Positions 47,163 through 57,810 of a stretch of 64,000 nt of DNA are shown here, piece after piece (within the stretch, counting starts at the first letter, position 1; the number at the start of each line of letters is the position of its first letter). Source of the DNA: an uncultured virus (IMG/VR IMGVR_UViG_3300037634_007270). Lineage: Duplodnaviria; Heunggongvirae; Uroviricota; Caudoviricetes. The stretch is from the IMG/VR virus record IMGVR_UViG_3300037634_007270. One strand, given 5' to 3'. The notes under the pieces were generated by a model that saw only the letters and a program-made list of their open reading frames with translations, did no database searches and was not told the DNA's origin. The translations under genes and the position numbers were made by a program.

Positions 47163-50100
47163 ATGAGCATTAGAGATCTTTTTGAAAAAAATGAATCCCT
47201 TAAAATCTTAGCTTCAACTAATATCCATGATATCAGAGAAGATGCTGAGTCTGATAGGAACATCGACGAAAGGTTTTCGGATGTAGAAAGATTTATACCA
47301 CAGGTAGATTATTCTAATCCTGAGAATTTTGCAAGATTTGGTTCTGCCGAGAAATATTATAATGATTCAATCGAAAGGATTTATAGGCAATTTCCATACG
47401 ATGGAACAGAAGCAGATATAAATGATTTCTATAATAAATCAACTTATATTGATAAATATGTTTTAAGTAATCTGTATCCAAGAACTACAGGATATATTAC
47501 ATTTTCTCCTCATGATTCTTCTGATCACAATGGAGGCTGGGGTGCGGGTGATACCTCTCCCATAGCTGCCAACCTGTACTATGGCGAGCCTACGGGCAAA
47601 GAATATATTGAAGTCAGAGGTGGCCCGCACAGTGCTTCTGCCGGCATGCCATCGGGCTCACTGGCGCAGTCTTTCACTGGCTCTAATTATTATGATACGA
47701 ATATATATACAACATCAAGATCTTCCTCTCTTGGTGTTGATGGTACCCGTGAATCCAATCTAAGAATGAATTTGGATGACGGAATTACCGTTGAATTCTG
47801 GCTAAAGAAAGAATCATTTATCGCCAGTAAGACACAAAAAGAGGTTATTTTTGACTTATGGAATCAAGTAACTTCCTCTAGTCCACAGTATGGCCGTCTC
47901 CGTCTAGAATTAACAGCATCCGGATATGCCGAAGATGGCGCTAACCCATTCAGATTTACTTTCTTGTCTGGTGGTGTCGTACAAGACACACCTGACGGCT
48001 CTGGCTTCGAAGCAATGCCTCTTGGTGGGACGACTGTCACGACTGCTTCTGTCGCCGATAATAAGTGGCACCACTACGCATTTTCAGTTGTTAACGAGCG
48101 CGCTGTTGCTAATAAAACTATAGTCAGATTTTATCGAGACGGCGAGCTTGTTAGCACAACCGCTACGGGATCTGTTGCTGGAGAAGTTACCGGATCTCTC
48201 ATGGGCTTCATCGGAGCCCTGCAAACAGCGCCTTCTCGTTCTGCGAAGCCTGCCGATAGCATGGTTGGCTGGGGGAAACTTTCTGGCTCAATTGATGAAT
48301 TTAGATATTGGAAGGCAAGAAGAAATCACAAACAGATAAAGAAAAATTGGCTTCATCAAGTTAAAGGCGGTACGAATACTGATGTTGCAAATGCTGAACT
48401 GGGCGTTTATTATAAGTTTAACGAAGGAGTCGTGGGTGATAGCTCCATTGATTCAGCAATTCTCGATTACTCTGGAAGAATTTCGAATGGTATCTGGGTA
48501 GGTTACGCTTCCGGCGCTAGAAGCACAGGATCCGCAATTGTTGAATCCAGCGGTTCAAATCTTTATGAGTTTAAAGATCCAATAATTTATGAGATTCATC
48601 CGGATGTACAGTCTCTAAAATCAAATCTTAAAGTATCTGCCAGTTATCATGATACAAGAAATAATAGTTCCCTATATTATTCTATGCCATCTTGGATGAT
48701 AGACGAAGATAGAGAAGAAAATGATCAACTTATGAATCTGACCCAGATAATGGGCAGCTATCTTGATACTATATATCTTCAAATAGAGGCGCTTACAGAC
48801 TTGAAAGCCGTCAATTATCAGACTTCAAGCGGCAAACCTCTGCCGTTTGCTAATCACTTGTTGGAGTCCTACGGACTAACAGCGCCAGAGATATTCTCCA
48901 ACGCAACGGTTCTAGAGTCAATTATGAATCGCGACGAAGATAGAGAATTTAGCCAAGATATTTATGATATCAAAAATCTGATTTATCAAAATGTCTATAA
49001 TAACTTGGTGTATATCTACAAAACTAAGGGGACTGAGAAATCATTTAGAAACTTAATCAGGTGCTTCGGTGTTGATGATGAGTTAATAAAAATTAATCTT
49101 TACGGAGACAATGTCACCCATCTGCTGAGAGATAATTTTAAGCCCAGATCTGTAAAGAAAAATTATGTCAACTTTTTCCATGCAGACAATCATGATGCTG
49201 TTGTTACACATTGGATTTCCTCCCCCGGCGCAACTTCGGCAGACAACCCAGATGCTGTAGGGGTTACTTATATATCAGCTTCTCATAAAGATTTTGCCAG
49301 CACAGCAGAGGCAGAGGTTATATTTCCGAGGATTAAGGAAGTTGGGGAGCCAAATTATTATGAAATAACTTTTACTGACTCTTCGTTGTTCGGATGGGAT
49401 CAGGCAGATCCGGATCCGGATGATTACATTAAGCCAACAAATGGCTCTGGATATCAAGTCTTGGCTGTTCGTCCCGAAAGATCATCGAAGGATGCACGCT
49501 TCCACTTGATTGATCGCTCTAATGATGTAACAATTGCAACATCAAGCCTGTATAAAGGCGTTTATGATAACCAGCGCTGGACATTCGCCTTAAGAACAAG
49601 AAATGTTATGACTTCCTCTATAACACCGACTGATCCTGCTACATCACACGGCATAGGCACATACTTGACTGGCGGACCGGGTGATGACGGCGCAAACACC
49701 CATGTTGAAGTCAGCCTTTACGGCGTACACACGGCGTATGATAGAATACAAGAAGAGTTCTCTTTAAGTGGTAACGCAATTCATTCCGACATTACAGTTC
49801 CGAGAAGATATTATGTTGGAGCGCGAAGAACTAATGTAACCGGTGGTACAATTAACGAATACTCAAGCGCCAAGGTTGGATATTTGAGGCACTGGGAAAG
49901 TTATTTAAAAAACAATACAATACAAGCTCATGCGAGAGATACAGAAAATTACGGAGTTCGAAACCCCTATAAGAGTGCATATTTGCTTGAGACTCCATTG
50001 ACTGGAGTGTGGATGCCAGAATATGAGACACTGGCTCTGAATTGGGATTTTTCAAATGTTACAGGCTCTGATCCATCTGGCGAGTTTTTAGTTAAAGACT

Positions 50101-53100
50101 TTTCTTCAGGTTCATTGTCACTGAGAAGATTCAGGGACACAGATATGTCCTCTATTGTTGGCAATCAATATAATGCCCGCGGCTATTTCTTTAAAACAAG
50201 CACCACCGCCGCGGTTGATACAAATTATATAGCATCTGCAAGATATCAATTGCCTGAAGTTTTGAATAGCCATGACATGGTAGAGATTCGAAACCAAGAT
50301 GATTTGGTGTTTACCAGAGAGACTCGTCCAGTTAAACATTTCTTTGCATTTGAGAAGAGCATGTATCAAACAATTTCAGAAGAAATGTTGAATATGTTTG
50401 CCGGCATTGTAGAGTTTAATAATTTAATTGGAGAAGGAGTCAACAAATATCGCGGCGAGTACAAGGACATGGCAAAGCTCCGCCAGCTTTTCTATGAAAG
50501 GATAGAAAACACTCCCAATTTAGATAAGTATATTTCTTATTATAAATGGCTAGATACGGCTTTGGGAGTAATGCTTCAGCAATTGGTACCAGGATCTTCT
50601 GCCTTCTCTAAGAATATTAGAAACATGGTAGAAGATACCATCTTGACAAGAAGCAAGTATAGGCATAAATTCCCCAACATAGAGTCCCGCCGTCAAACCG
50701 AAATAGAAGGCCAGATTAAGGGAATTTATGAGCTTACATACAATTGGCGAAAGGGGCATGCCCCAATGTATTCTTCGGATACCAAGACAGTACATCCACA
50801 GCCACAAGGAAAGAATTGTCTTTGGTGGCTTCATAGAGCAGAGAGACACGGCGCGTCTGCAACATCTGACAAGGCGTCAATTGACCATGCATCTTCTCTA
50901 GTTGCAGTCATCGATGAGCAAAGAAATAATTTTAAAAGAGTTGGGTTTTCGTTTGTGTCTGCCTCTGTTCCGGAGTTTACAGCGCTTCAAGGTACCCCCG
51001 GCATTTCGAAATTCGGAATAAATAATATTCCCATATATGCAGGATCGTATTATCCAAATAATAGATTCTCTAGACCGTATCGTCTTTTTGTGGCGACAGG
51101 ATTTAATAGCAAAGCAATATTGGGTGCATGGAATTCTTCATTAGGCCCTGGCTCTAATCCTGTTATCGGCCCAAGCAGCAAGTATACATATTGGAGGCAT
51201 GCCACATCTTTTACAGAGACGACTACTTTTATTGAAATTACAAATTTAAAAGAGATAGGCGCATGTGACAAGAATCCGCATCCTGTACACCCTCCGGATG
51301 GAGTCTTTCCAGTTAGGGAAAAGGGTCCAATTATCATCGCGGAAGCAGTGGATGGCAAGGGAAACACCTTTAAGTCTAGCATGGTGACGCCATTTAGCTT
51401 ATATAAAAATAGCGTATCTACTGGCTATAAATCTGTTTTGTCAGGTATTACTGTCTCAAAGAGAGACGGAACCTCTGCCGCAGGAGGCATAGAGCTTAAC
51501 AACTTACATCAGGATGTTGTCGAGACTGGCGAAGTTTCAATGCAGGGCCCTTTCGCGGAGAAGTATGTTGGTGGATTGCCTCACAGGCATGTCGACTTGA
51601 ATACATCAAAGGCAGGAAGCTTAGATTCTCTCTCATCGCGTCCGGAGGGCTGGAAGTTCACAATATCCAGCACCGGTGTTAAAATTCTTCATCAAGATTC
51701 GGACAAGCCTCGCGGTGATTATTATCGCAATGTTAAAGCAAAAAGGCCTGTAAATATTCGTAACATACAGGCGCTAACAGGAACTGCCAAGCTTAATAAA
51801 ATTGGTAACTTTGCCAATCACTATGAACTTGTGCAAACATCAGATAGAAGCATTAACAACAGAGCCTTTGTTAAAAATGAAGGGTTTGGCGGCATGCTGC
51901 CTAGCAACACCGATGCTAGCCTGATCACTGATATTATGGACTATAAAAAGGCGGATTTTAGCATTGCAAAAAGTCCCCTCGGAGCAACAAAGCATGTTAT
52001 CGTGGAGAGATTTTCTGCACCCGGAGGTCCAGAAACCGCGGCAGATGCCAACGGCGGGCATGGCATTGACGCTTATTCGGGACAATATTCGCCTTATAAC
52101 AACCTAAACTATAGAAACTTGTCTGTCAGGCTTCCTCTGAGAACATTACTAGCAAATCACGCAAATCAGTTTGGTTTTGCTTTCGACTCCTTTGCCGGCA
52201 CCAGAACCTCGACAGTTAGCAAACACGATTACAGCGGCATCCCAGCGTTTCATAAAACGAACAGGAACTCAGCTTTAAGACATGAACTGTCTGGCTCTAG
52301 AACAACCTCCGAGACAACAACACGAGCACCTGTACATGACAATTATTATGTAACGCATGAAATACCACAATCAGATACACAATATTGGTGGATCACGGGC
52401 GCCTTAGCCAATAACTTCCCAGAGCATAGAACGGTTGTATTGGGACATCCCCATCCGGATGGCACCTACTCTAGTTCAGTTTCGCTAACATATCGCGATG
52501 GTGTCACGGTTGGTCCAGGATATATTCCGGCTTATAACTTTGTCAGCGCTAGCGATTATGTTACCAAGGCAAGAACAAACAATGTAAGATACTGGGGATC
52601 CCCAGAAACTTTTGACAAAAGAGCCAATGATGCAACTTATAGCAAAGGGCTCTATACTACAGACTTTATTGGTTTAAATGGAAATATCGTGCAGATATTT
52701 GATACGGATACTTTGACTTTAAGCGGCAATGCTCAATCTGGCCAAACAAACAAAGTGATATTTCAATATGTCAATACTGTGAATGGCTCTGATACAGGAG
52801 AATTCATATCCAGCCCTGTTGGCGGAGGAGCCTACGAGGGACAATCGGCAGCAGTTTTGAATTCTTTGAGTTTGAACAGAAATGGCCCATACGGATATCC
52901 TACTTGGAAACAAATTCGGGTAGGAGAAACTCGTATTGGTAGATATTTGGGGGACAACAATTATATAACATACACTCCCTCTCCAGGCTTGCATCGCGTA
53001 AAAGAAACAAAAGGCAGCCGAATTGACATGATAGATAGGTTTGGAGCCACAAGGGTTCACAAAGAGCCCCCCGTTGTTTCGGACTATTTCCCGCTTAAGT

Positions 53101-56100
53101 TTGTTTTGGGTATCACGACGGCAACTACCGCCATCTCAAGGCCGATAAGAATGAAAAGCACTTATGGAAATTACCGTTCAGGATTTTCAGATCCGAGCTT
53201 AAACAGAGCCCGAGGGTTCATAAAGCCGCCACCTCTTTCCTATGAAACAATTACGGGACTATATTTAGACGGAGGGCTAGAAGATCCTTCGAGCCCAGTC
53301 AATAGCTTTATAAATCTATGTTATAAGGAAACAATATATCCAAAAGAAGTTAATACATATTTGCGCAAAGTTAGACAAAGAGATGGATATGCAAATAATT
53401 TCTGGCGCCTCTCCCAAAAAGATAGGGCTGTTTTGGGTAAATCTAAACTTTCGTTCAACGAAATTAAGGCGGCAAATACCACTTTCGGATCAGGACAAAA
53501 GAGAAGCTCTTGGAATTTAGATGCAATTGCGGATGCGGCATTCTTGGGAGATGGCGGCGTTTCAGGTTCGATTACTGGAAGTGATTCTGGGATGCTTCAG
53601 GATTATTCCGCATATGTTCATTCGGGATTAAAAGCTGGGCTAACTGCATCAGTATGTTATGCTCGCCCACATATGCTTTCCGCTACGGCATCCCTTCGAA
53701 GCTGGACAGGGCCGGAAGTAAAAGAAACAGGCTCTACTAGTTTGGCAAAATCTGGAGCACCCCTTGGAAGAATCCAGCTATTTGGAGGGCTAACGAGGTG
53801 GGAGGCTGGAGAACAAGCTGGCAAAATTAATGACTTAGGTACATTTGTCAGTAGATCAACAACTCCGGCATATGATTCATATGAAGAGTATTCTGACGAT
53901 TTGAGATCCATAGCGCAGGAATATTCAGTGGTACCAGAGTTCAGAATTAGTGATCATATGGAATTTTATATGAACAAGAGGAACGGAAATTTCTTGGTAG
54001 ATAATCCAAAATTTCTTTCTATATTTGGGGCATCTTCTGCTTCGTTGCCACAAAATAGCTCCCAAGATAAGTTCTACAAGATATTTACAAATTCTGATTT
54101 TATGAAATACTTTGCCTCAATCAAGAGGGACCACAAAGAATTGATGAACCCCACTGAGCTTACTCTGACATGTAAAGCGGCGATGAAGTTTTTGCCTTAT
54201 GATGGCTTTTATCCTTCTGAGAGAACAGCACAAATTGCCACTCAATTTTCGAAATCATATGCGAATCATATAAGCTACCAAGGCGCGGACGCTAGCGTTG
54301 GAACTAGTATGCGCCTTCGCCCAATACTTGCTCCATTTTTCTCTCCGGGAATAATGTTTAACACCATTAAAGCTGGTGTTGCATGCGACTGGCCAATATA
54401 TACGGGCTCCTACAAGGTGCACAACCCCTGGAACGGAGACAATTCTAAGAAAACGGATTATTTTCTAATAGCAACAGCTAGTGATCCAACCTTGGATTCA
54501 AAGGGCAAGTTGGCTGGTTGGGACTATCGTGTGCCTTTCGAAGCGCTAGCAGAGCCAGAAAAGTATATTAAAAACATTACCTTTGTTGATATGGAGCCCC
54601 ACCCAAGTGCGGCTATTAATGTCACATGTTCTTGGGGTGGCTCCGGCGATCAACTTTATAAAATGATGTCACAAAACTTTTTAGCAGAAGTTCCAGAGTT
54701 TTTCTTGCCAAAGGGTGAGTTCTCTACTTTGACATCTGTTCCAGAAAGTCAAATCCTTCCATTTGATACCGGATCAGTGTATGGAATGAGAATAAAGATA
54801 AGAAAATCATACCATCAGGAGCGGCAACCTGAAGCGCTGGGCACTATTGGCTATTTTGTCCCGCAAGATACTATTCGTGACAGAAGCCGACTACAAGAGT
54901 CATTTACCATGTATAGTCGTCCATCTGCATTTGGTCCACCTGTTTCGGGCAGAAATGGTATCGGTCATGCACATTCTAGCAAACAATATGATCACTTAAA
55001 GATAGCTGATAGCCTGCAAGGAATTAATCCCTCTTTCACGCCTCCCTATTATCACGGCGAAGCGTGGTGTGACATAATCGTCAGGCCAAGCAGCAGTTAT
55101 GTAAGTCTTGATGATATATTGGCAGACTCCCAAAAGATATATTGGAGATTTGATAACAGGCGCCTTCCTGCACCGGCAAACAATACCCACCCTTATGGTG
55201 ATTTAAATATTAATAGATTTTCGATGCAACTGAGTTCATCATTCAATTTGTTCCAGAAGGCAAGTGGAAAGATTATACAATATGATATTCTTGGCAATCC
55301 AATGTCGGTACAAGATGATGAAACTGGAAATACTACGACATGGGTGATGCAGCCAAAGTTTGAAACACCAATGTATAACTTTAGCGATTCTGGTGTACAC
55401 CCAATTAGCGATGGACACAAAACTTTGACAATACCAACTAATTGTTCAGAATCAGTAGCAAAAGGTATGTGGCATCAGTTCGGCGTAACACCAACAGATC
55501 CACAAAAAGGTATATTCCTTGAAGTTTCAGACATCCCCCAATCGTGGCAAACAAAACGCGTACCGATGTTTAATTCTGGTTCTCACGGATCCGCACACTC
55601 TATTGATGTAAACCAAGGTAGTTGGGATAACAGCGAATATGCTTCAATTTATAATTCTGGCGGCTCAATTGAATCATTGCTTGATAAAGTTAACTTCCCT
55701 AAAAGATCGGTTAAATTAGGACAGACTGCCAAAAAGAAAATTGTCCGCGAAGGTGTCGTTGCAATACCATTTATGATAAACAAGGGCAAGAGGAAGTTCT
55801 TCAATCTTGACAAGGAAATGGTAAAGGGAATCCTTGGCATGCCGAATGTATCAAAAATGGTACCTGGCGACTCTGTAAGGCAGCAGATTGAGTCCATGAA
55901 AAAATATGTTATGCCGCCAGTACTGGATTTTGTTACCTTTACAGAAGAAGTCCAGCCGATAGTTATGCACATATTTGATTTTGAATATGAATTTAGTCAA
56001 GACGATTTATCACACATGTGGCAGAATTTGCAGCCACCTAGCGGAAAGATAGTAAAAAAATCAGAAGTTAAAGTAACACAAAAGTTGCTTATAAATGAGA

Positions 56101-56645
56101 TGTTTGGAGAGATGGGTGAATGTGCAGGCAGCCCCTTGGAGGATAGGCTTAGGTGGATGGTGTTTAAAGTTAAACAGAGAGCAAATGCGGACTATTTCTC
56201 GAAAGTTGCAGGCTATGATCAACAAACCGATCCTAGATTTAAGTTTGGCATCAAAGTAGGAAGGGCTATGACTGGCGATCAGAAAATAGCAGAGTATAGT
56301 TATAACTGGCCATATGATTTCTTCTCATTAATCGAGCTAGCTAAAATAGATGCTGAACTGTGTTTCGGCCCATATGATGATTCCACGCCAGAAGAGCTTA
56401 AATACGATACAGACAGAGGTAAAATAGAAAAGGGTATCACTCCTCATGACACTGATCGTCCTCCTCGCCCCGATACGCCATCGCCAGTACCCCCGTCTGC
56501 CACGGCAGGCACGACGGCAGTTGGTACCACTTCTCAGCCGACAACCACAACCACCACCACTACCACCACTACTAAGGTTACTCAAAGCCAGCCAGTAGCC
56601 GACGCCTCGAAATCATTTAACAATGCCCTACCGGAGAGGAAATAA
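47163..56645 (+). CDS. giant baseplate/virion protein with LamG (concanavalin A-like) domains (3160 aa)
   Basis: TVEFWLK, ADNKWHHYAF, LSGSIDEFRYW and YYKFNEG; IYKTKGTEKS resembles baseplate wedge/P2 gpI motifs. Confidence 0.72.
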   Translation: MSIRDLFEKNESLKILASTNIHDIREDAESDRNIDERFSDVERFIPQVDYSNPENFARFGSAEKYYNDSIERIYRQFPYDGTEADINDFYNKSTYIDKYVLSNLYPRTTGYITFSPHDSSDHNGGWGAGDTSPIAANLYYGEPTGKEYIEVRGGPHSASAGMPSGSLAQSFTGSNYYDTNIYTTSRSSSLGVDGTRESNLRMNLDDGITVEFWLKKESFIASKTQKEVIFDLWNQVTSSSPQYGRLRLELTASGYAEDGANPFRFTFLSGGVVQDTPDGSGFEAMPLGGTTVTTASVADNKWHHYAFSVVNERAVANKTIVRFYRDGELVSTTATGSVAGEVTGSLMGFIGALQTAPSRSAKPADSMVGWGKLSGSIDEFRYWKARRNHKQIKKNWLHQVKGGTNTDVANAELGVYYKFNEGVVGDSSIDSAILDYSGRISNGIWVGYASGARSTGSAIVESSGSNLYEFKDPIIYEIHPDVQSLKSNLKVSASYHDTRNNSSLYYSMPSWMIDEDREENDQLMNLTQIMGSYLDTIYLQIEALTDLKAVNYQTSSGKPLPFANHLLESYGLTAPEIFSNATVLESIMNRDEDREFSQDIYDIKNLIYQNVYNNLVYIYKTKGTEKSFRNLIRCFGVDDELIKINLYGDNVTHLLRDNFKPRSVKKNYVNFFHADNHDAVVTHWISSPGATSADNPDAVGVTYISASHKDFASTAEAEVIFPRIKEVGEPNYYEITFTDSSLFGWDQADPDPDDYIKPTNGSGYQVLAVRPERSSKDARFHLIDRSNDVTIATSSLYKGVYDNQRWTFALRTRNVMTSSITPTDPATSHGIGTYLTGGPGDDGANTHVEVSLYGVHTAYDRIQEEFSLSGNAIHSDITVPRRYYVGARRTNVTGGTINEYSSAKVGYLRHWESYLKNNTIQAHARDTENYGVRNPYKSAYLLETPLTGVWMPEYETLALNWDFSNVTGSDPSGEFLVKDFSSGSLSLRRFRDTDMSSIVGNQYNARGYFFKTSTTAAVDTNYIASARYQLPEVLNSHDMVEIRNQDDLVFTRETRPVKHFFAFEKSMYQTISEEMLNMFAGIVEFNNLIGEGVNKYRGEYKDMAKLRQLFYERIENTPNLDKYISYYKWLDTALGVMLQQLVPGSSAFSKNIRNMVEDTILTRSKYRHKFPNIESRRQTEIEGQIKGIYELTYNWRKGHAPMYSSDTKTVHPQPQGKNCLWWLHRAERHGASATSDKASIDHASSLVAVIDEQRNNFKRVGFSFVSASVPEFTALQGTPGISKFGINNIPIYAGSYYPNNRFSRPYRLFVATGFNSKAILGAWNSSLGPGSNPVIGPSSKYTYWRHATSFTETTTFIEITNLKEIGACDKNPHPVHPPDGVFPVREKGPIIIAEAVDGKGNTFKSSMVTPFSLYKNSVSTGYKSVLSGITVSKRDGTSAAGGIELNNLHQDVVETGEVSMQGPFAEKYVGGLPHRHVDLNTSKAGSLDSLSSRPEGWKFTISSTGVKILHQDSDKPRGDYYRNVKAKRPVNIRNIQALTGTAKLNKIGNFANHYELVQTSDRSINNRAFVKNEGFGGMLPSNTDASLITDIMDYKKADFSIAKSPLGATKHVIVERFSAPGGPETAADANGGHGIDAYSGQYSPYNNLNYRNLSVRLPLRTLLANHANQFGFAFDSFAGTRTSTVSKHDYSGIPAFHKTNRNSALRHELSGSRTTSETTTRAPVHDNYYVTHEIPQSDTQYWWITGALANNFPEHRTVVLGHPHPDGTYSSSVSLTYRDGVTVGPGYIPAYNFVSASDYVTKARTNNVRYWGSPETFDKRANDATYSKGLYTTDFIGLNGNIVQIFDTDTLTLSGNAQSGQTNKVIFQYVNTVNGSDTGEFISSPVGGGAYEGQSAAVLNSLSLNRNGPYGYPTWKQIRVGETRIGRYLGDNNYITYTPSPGLHRVKETKGSRIDMIDRFGATRVHKEPPVVSDYFPLKFVLGITTATTAISRPIRMKSTYGNYRSGFSDPSLNRARGFIKPPPLSYETITGLYLDGGLEDPSSPVNSFINLCYKETIYPKEVNTYLRKVRQRDGYANNFWRLSQKDRAVLGKSKLSFNEIKAANTTFGSGQKRSSWNLDAIADAAFLGDGGVSGSITGSDSGMLQDYSAYVHSGLKAGLTASVCYARPHMLSATASLRSWTGPEVKETGSTSLAKSGAPLGRIQLFGGLTRWEAGEQAGKINDLGTFVSRSTTPAYDSYEEYSDDLRSIAQEYSVVPEFRISDHMEFYMNKRNGNFLVDNPKFLSIFGASSASLPQNSSQDKFYKIFTNSDFMKYFASIKRDHKELMNPTELTLTCKAAMKFLPYDGFYPSERTAQIATQFSKSYANHISYQGADASVGTSMRLRPILAPFFSPGIMFNTIKAGVACDWPIYTGSYKVHNPWNGDNSKKTDYFLIATASDPTLDSKGKLAGWDYRVPFEALAEPEKYIKNITFVDMEPHPSAAINVTCSWGGSGDQLYKMMSQNFLAEVPEFFLPKGEFSTLTSVPESQILPFDTGSVYGMRIKIRKSYHQERQPEALGTIGYFVPQDTIRDRSRLQESFTMYSRPSAFGPPVSGRNGIGHAHSSKQYDHLKIADSLQGINPSFTPPYYHGEAWCDIIVRPSSSYVSLDDILADSQKIYWRFDNRRLPAPANNTHPYGDLNINRFSMQLSSSFNLFQKASGKIIQYDILGNPMSVQDDETGNTTTWVMQPKFETPMYNFSDSGVHPISDGHKTLTIPTNCSESVAKGMWHQFGVTPTDPQKGIFLEVSDIPQSWQTKRVPMFNSGSHGSAHSIDVNQGSWDNSEYASIYNSGGSIESLLDKVNFPKRSVKLGQTAKKKIVREGVVAIPFMINKGKRKFFNLDKEMVKGILGMPNVSKMVPGDSVRQQIESMKKYVMPPVLDFVTFTEEVQPIVMHIFDFEYEFSQDDLSHMWQNLQPPSGKIVKKSEVKVTQKLLINEMFGEMGECAGSPLEDRLRWMVFKVKQRANADYFSKVAGYDQQTDPRFKFGIKVGRAMTGDQKIAEYSYNWPYDFFSLIELAKIDAELCFGPYDDSTPEELKYDTDRGKIEKGITPHDTDRPPRPDTPSPVPPSATAGTTAVGTTSQPTTTTTTTTTTTKVTQSQPVADASKSFNNALPERK

Positions 56646-56648
56646 AAT

Positions 56649-57734
56649 ATGCTTTTTGCAAATAAAAAAGAGGAAGTTTTAGATATTCAATTGACGCCGC
56701 ACGGAAGATATCTTCTGGCGATTGGAAAACTAAAACCAGTATATTATTCCTTTCATGACTCCAATATTCTTTATGATGCAAGATATGCTTCGGGCGTGAC
56801 ATCCGAAGAAGAAAAAGATGTGGAAAAAAGAATTCAAGATAATACCCCACAGCTTCGCACGCTTCCGTTGCGAAGCTCCAGAGAGGCGAGCGTTAAGAGC
56901 CTATATGAAACTCCTTTGCAAATTTTTAATTTAGCCCAAGCAACGCGCATAAAAACATTGGCTATGGTGGAGCAAGAAAGGGAAGAAAAGCATTATTTGT
57001 TGACTCATCCGTTGGGAACTAGTAAAATATCTGGAGATGAAGCAGTTAAGTGGTCTGTCAAAGTCTTGAATGGAGAAATAACAGGATCTGCGCCATATCT
57101 GACATCCAGTTATCAAACATTAGAAATTCCTCAAATCGACATTGATATTGAATATGAAATAGCAATATTTAATACTGGCTCTGAATCCACCATAGAATTC
57201 GAGTCAGATCCAGTGTTGAATTCTAAACTTTTCTTGGACGGGACTTATGTATCGATAGATCCAGATCATCTGTTGTTGGATATTGTTGAAGAGAATACCG
57301 AATACGAGGTAGATAATTTTGAAATTGAAGTGTTCGTGATAAAAGATGAGTCCCGAGCTGGTCAAGGAGCGGGACTATCCGGCTCAACATCGACAAAAAT
57401 TAAAGAATTAAGTGCGTTAGCTTTTGAAAAACCAGTTTCTTTAATTCAAAACAATATCTTGTTAGATGAGGATGATGTTTCGCCCTCTGCGAGAATTCCG
57501 ATAAATAAAAATTTTGTTAAATATTATTTTGATGTTAATGTGGATCGTGAAATTGATGACTTAGATATATGCAATTCAATCTCTACTTTGGAATCTAAAA
57601 ATCTTTATGTTGATTGGCGACTGGAGTGTCCTGATGATGGCGATACCAATCTTATTGATATTTATGATACTGAAACGACGGTATGTTCTGATGATGCCGC
57701 ATCAACAACAACCGAAGAAGAAACACCTTATTGA
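56649..57734 (+). CDS. putative baseplate/tail-fibre attachment protein
   Basis: LTPHGRYLLAIG...FHDSNILYD N-terminal pattern; context. Confidence 0.5.
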   Translation: MLFANKKEEVLDIQLTPHGRYLLAIGKLKPVYYSFHDSNILYDARYASGVTSEEEKDVEKRIQDNTPQLRTLPLRSSREASVKSLYETPLQIFNLAQATRIKTLAMVEQEREEKHYLLTHPLGTSKISGDEAVKWSVKVLNGEITGSAPYLTSSYQTLEIPQIDIDIEYEIAIFNTGSESTIEFESDPVLNSKLFLDGTYVSIDPDHLLLDIVEENTEYEVDNFEIEVFVIKDESRAGQGAGLSGSTSTKIKELSALAFEKPVSLIQNNILLDEDDVSPSARIPINKNFVKYYFDVNVDREIDDLDICNSISTLESKNLYVDWRLECPDDGDTNLIDIYDTETTVCSDDAASTTTEEETPY

Positions 57735-57784
57735 TATTTATGAAAAAGCAAATGAACACATCGGTTAATTTAAAAGTGGAAATG

Positions 57785-57792
57785 ACTATTTA
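57785..57792 (+). promoter_or_regulatory. ACTATTTA candidate late promoter motif
   Basis: Intergenic, 18 nt before ATG 57811. Confidence 0.65.
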
Positions 57793-57810
57793 TATTGGGA
57801 GACAAGTATA

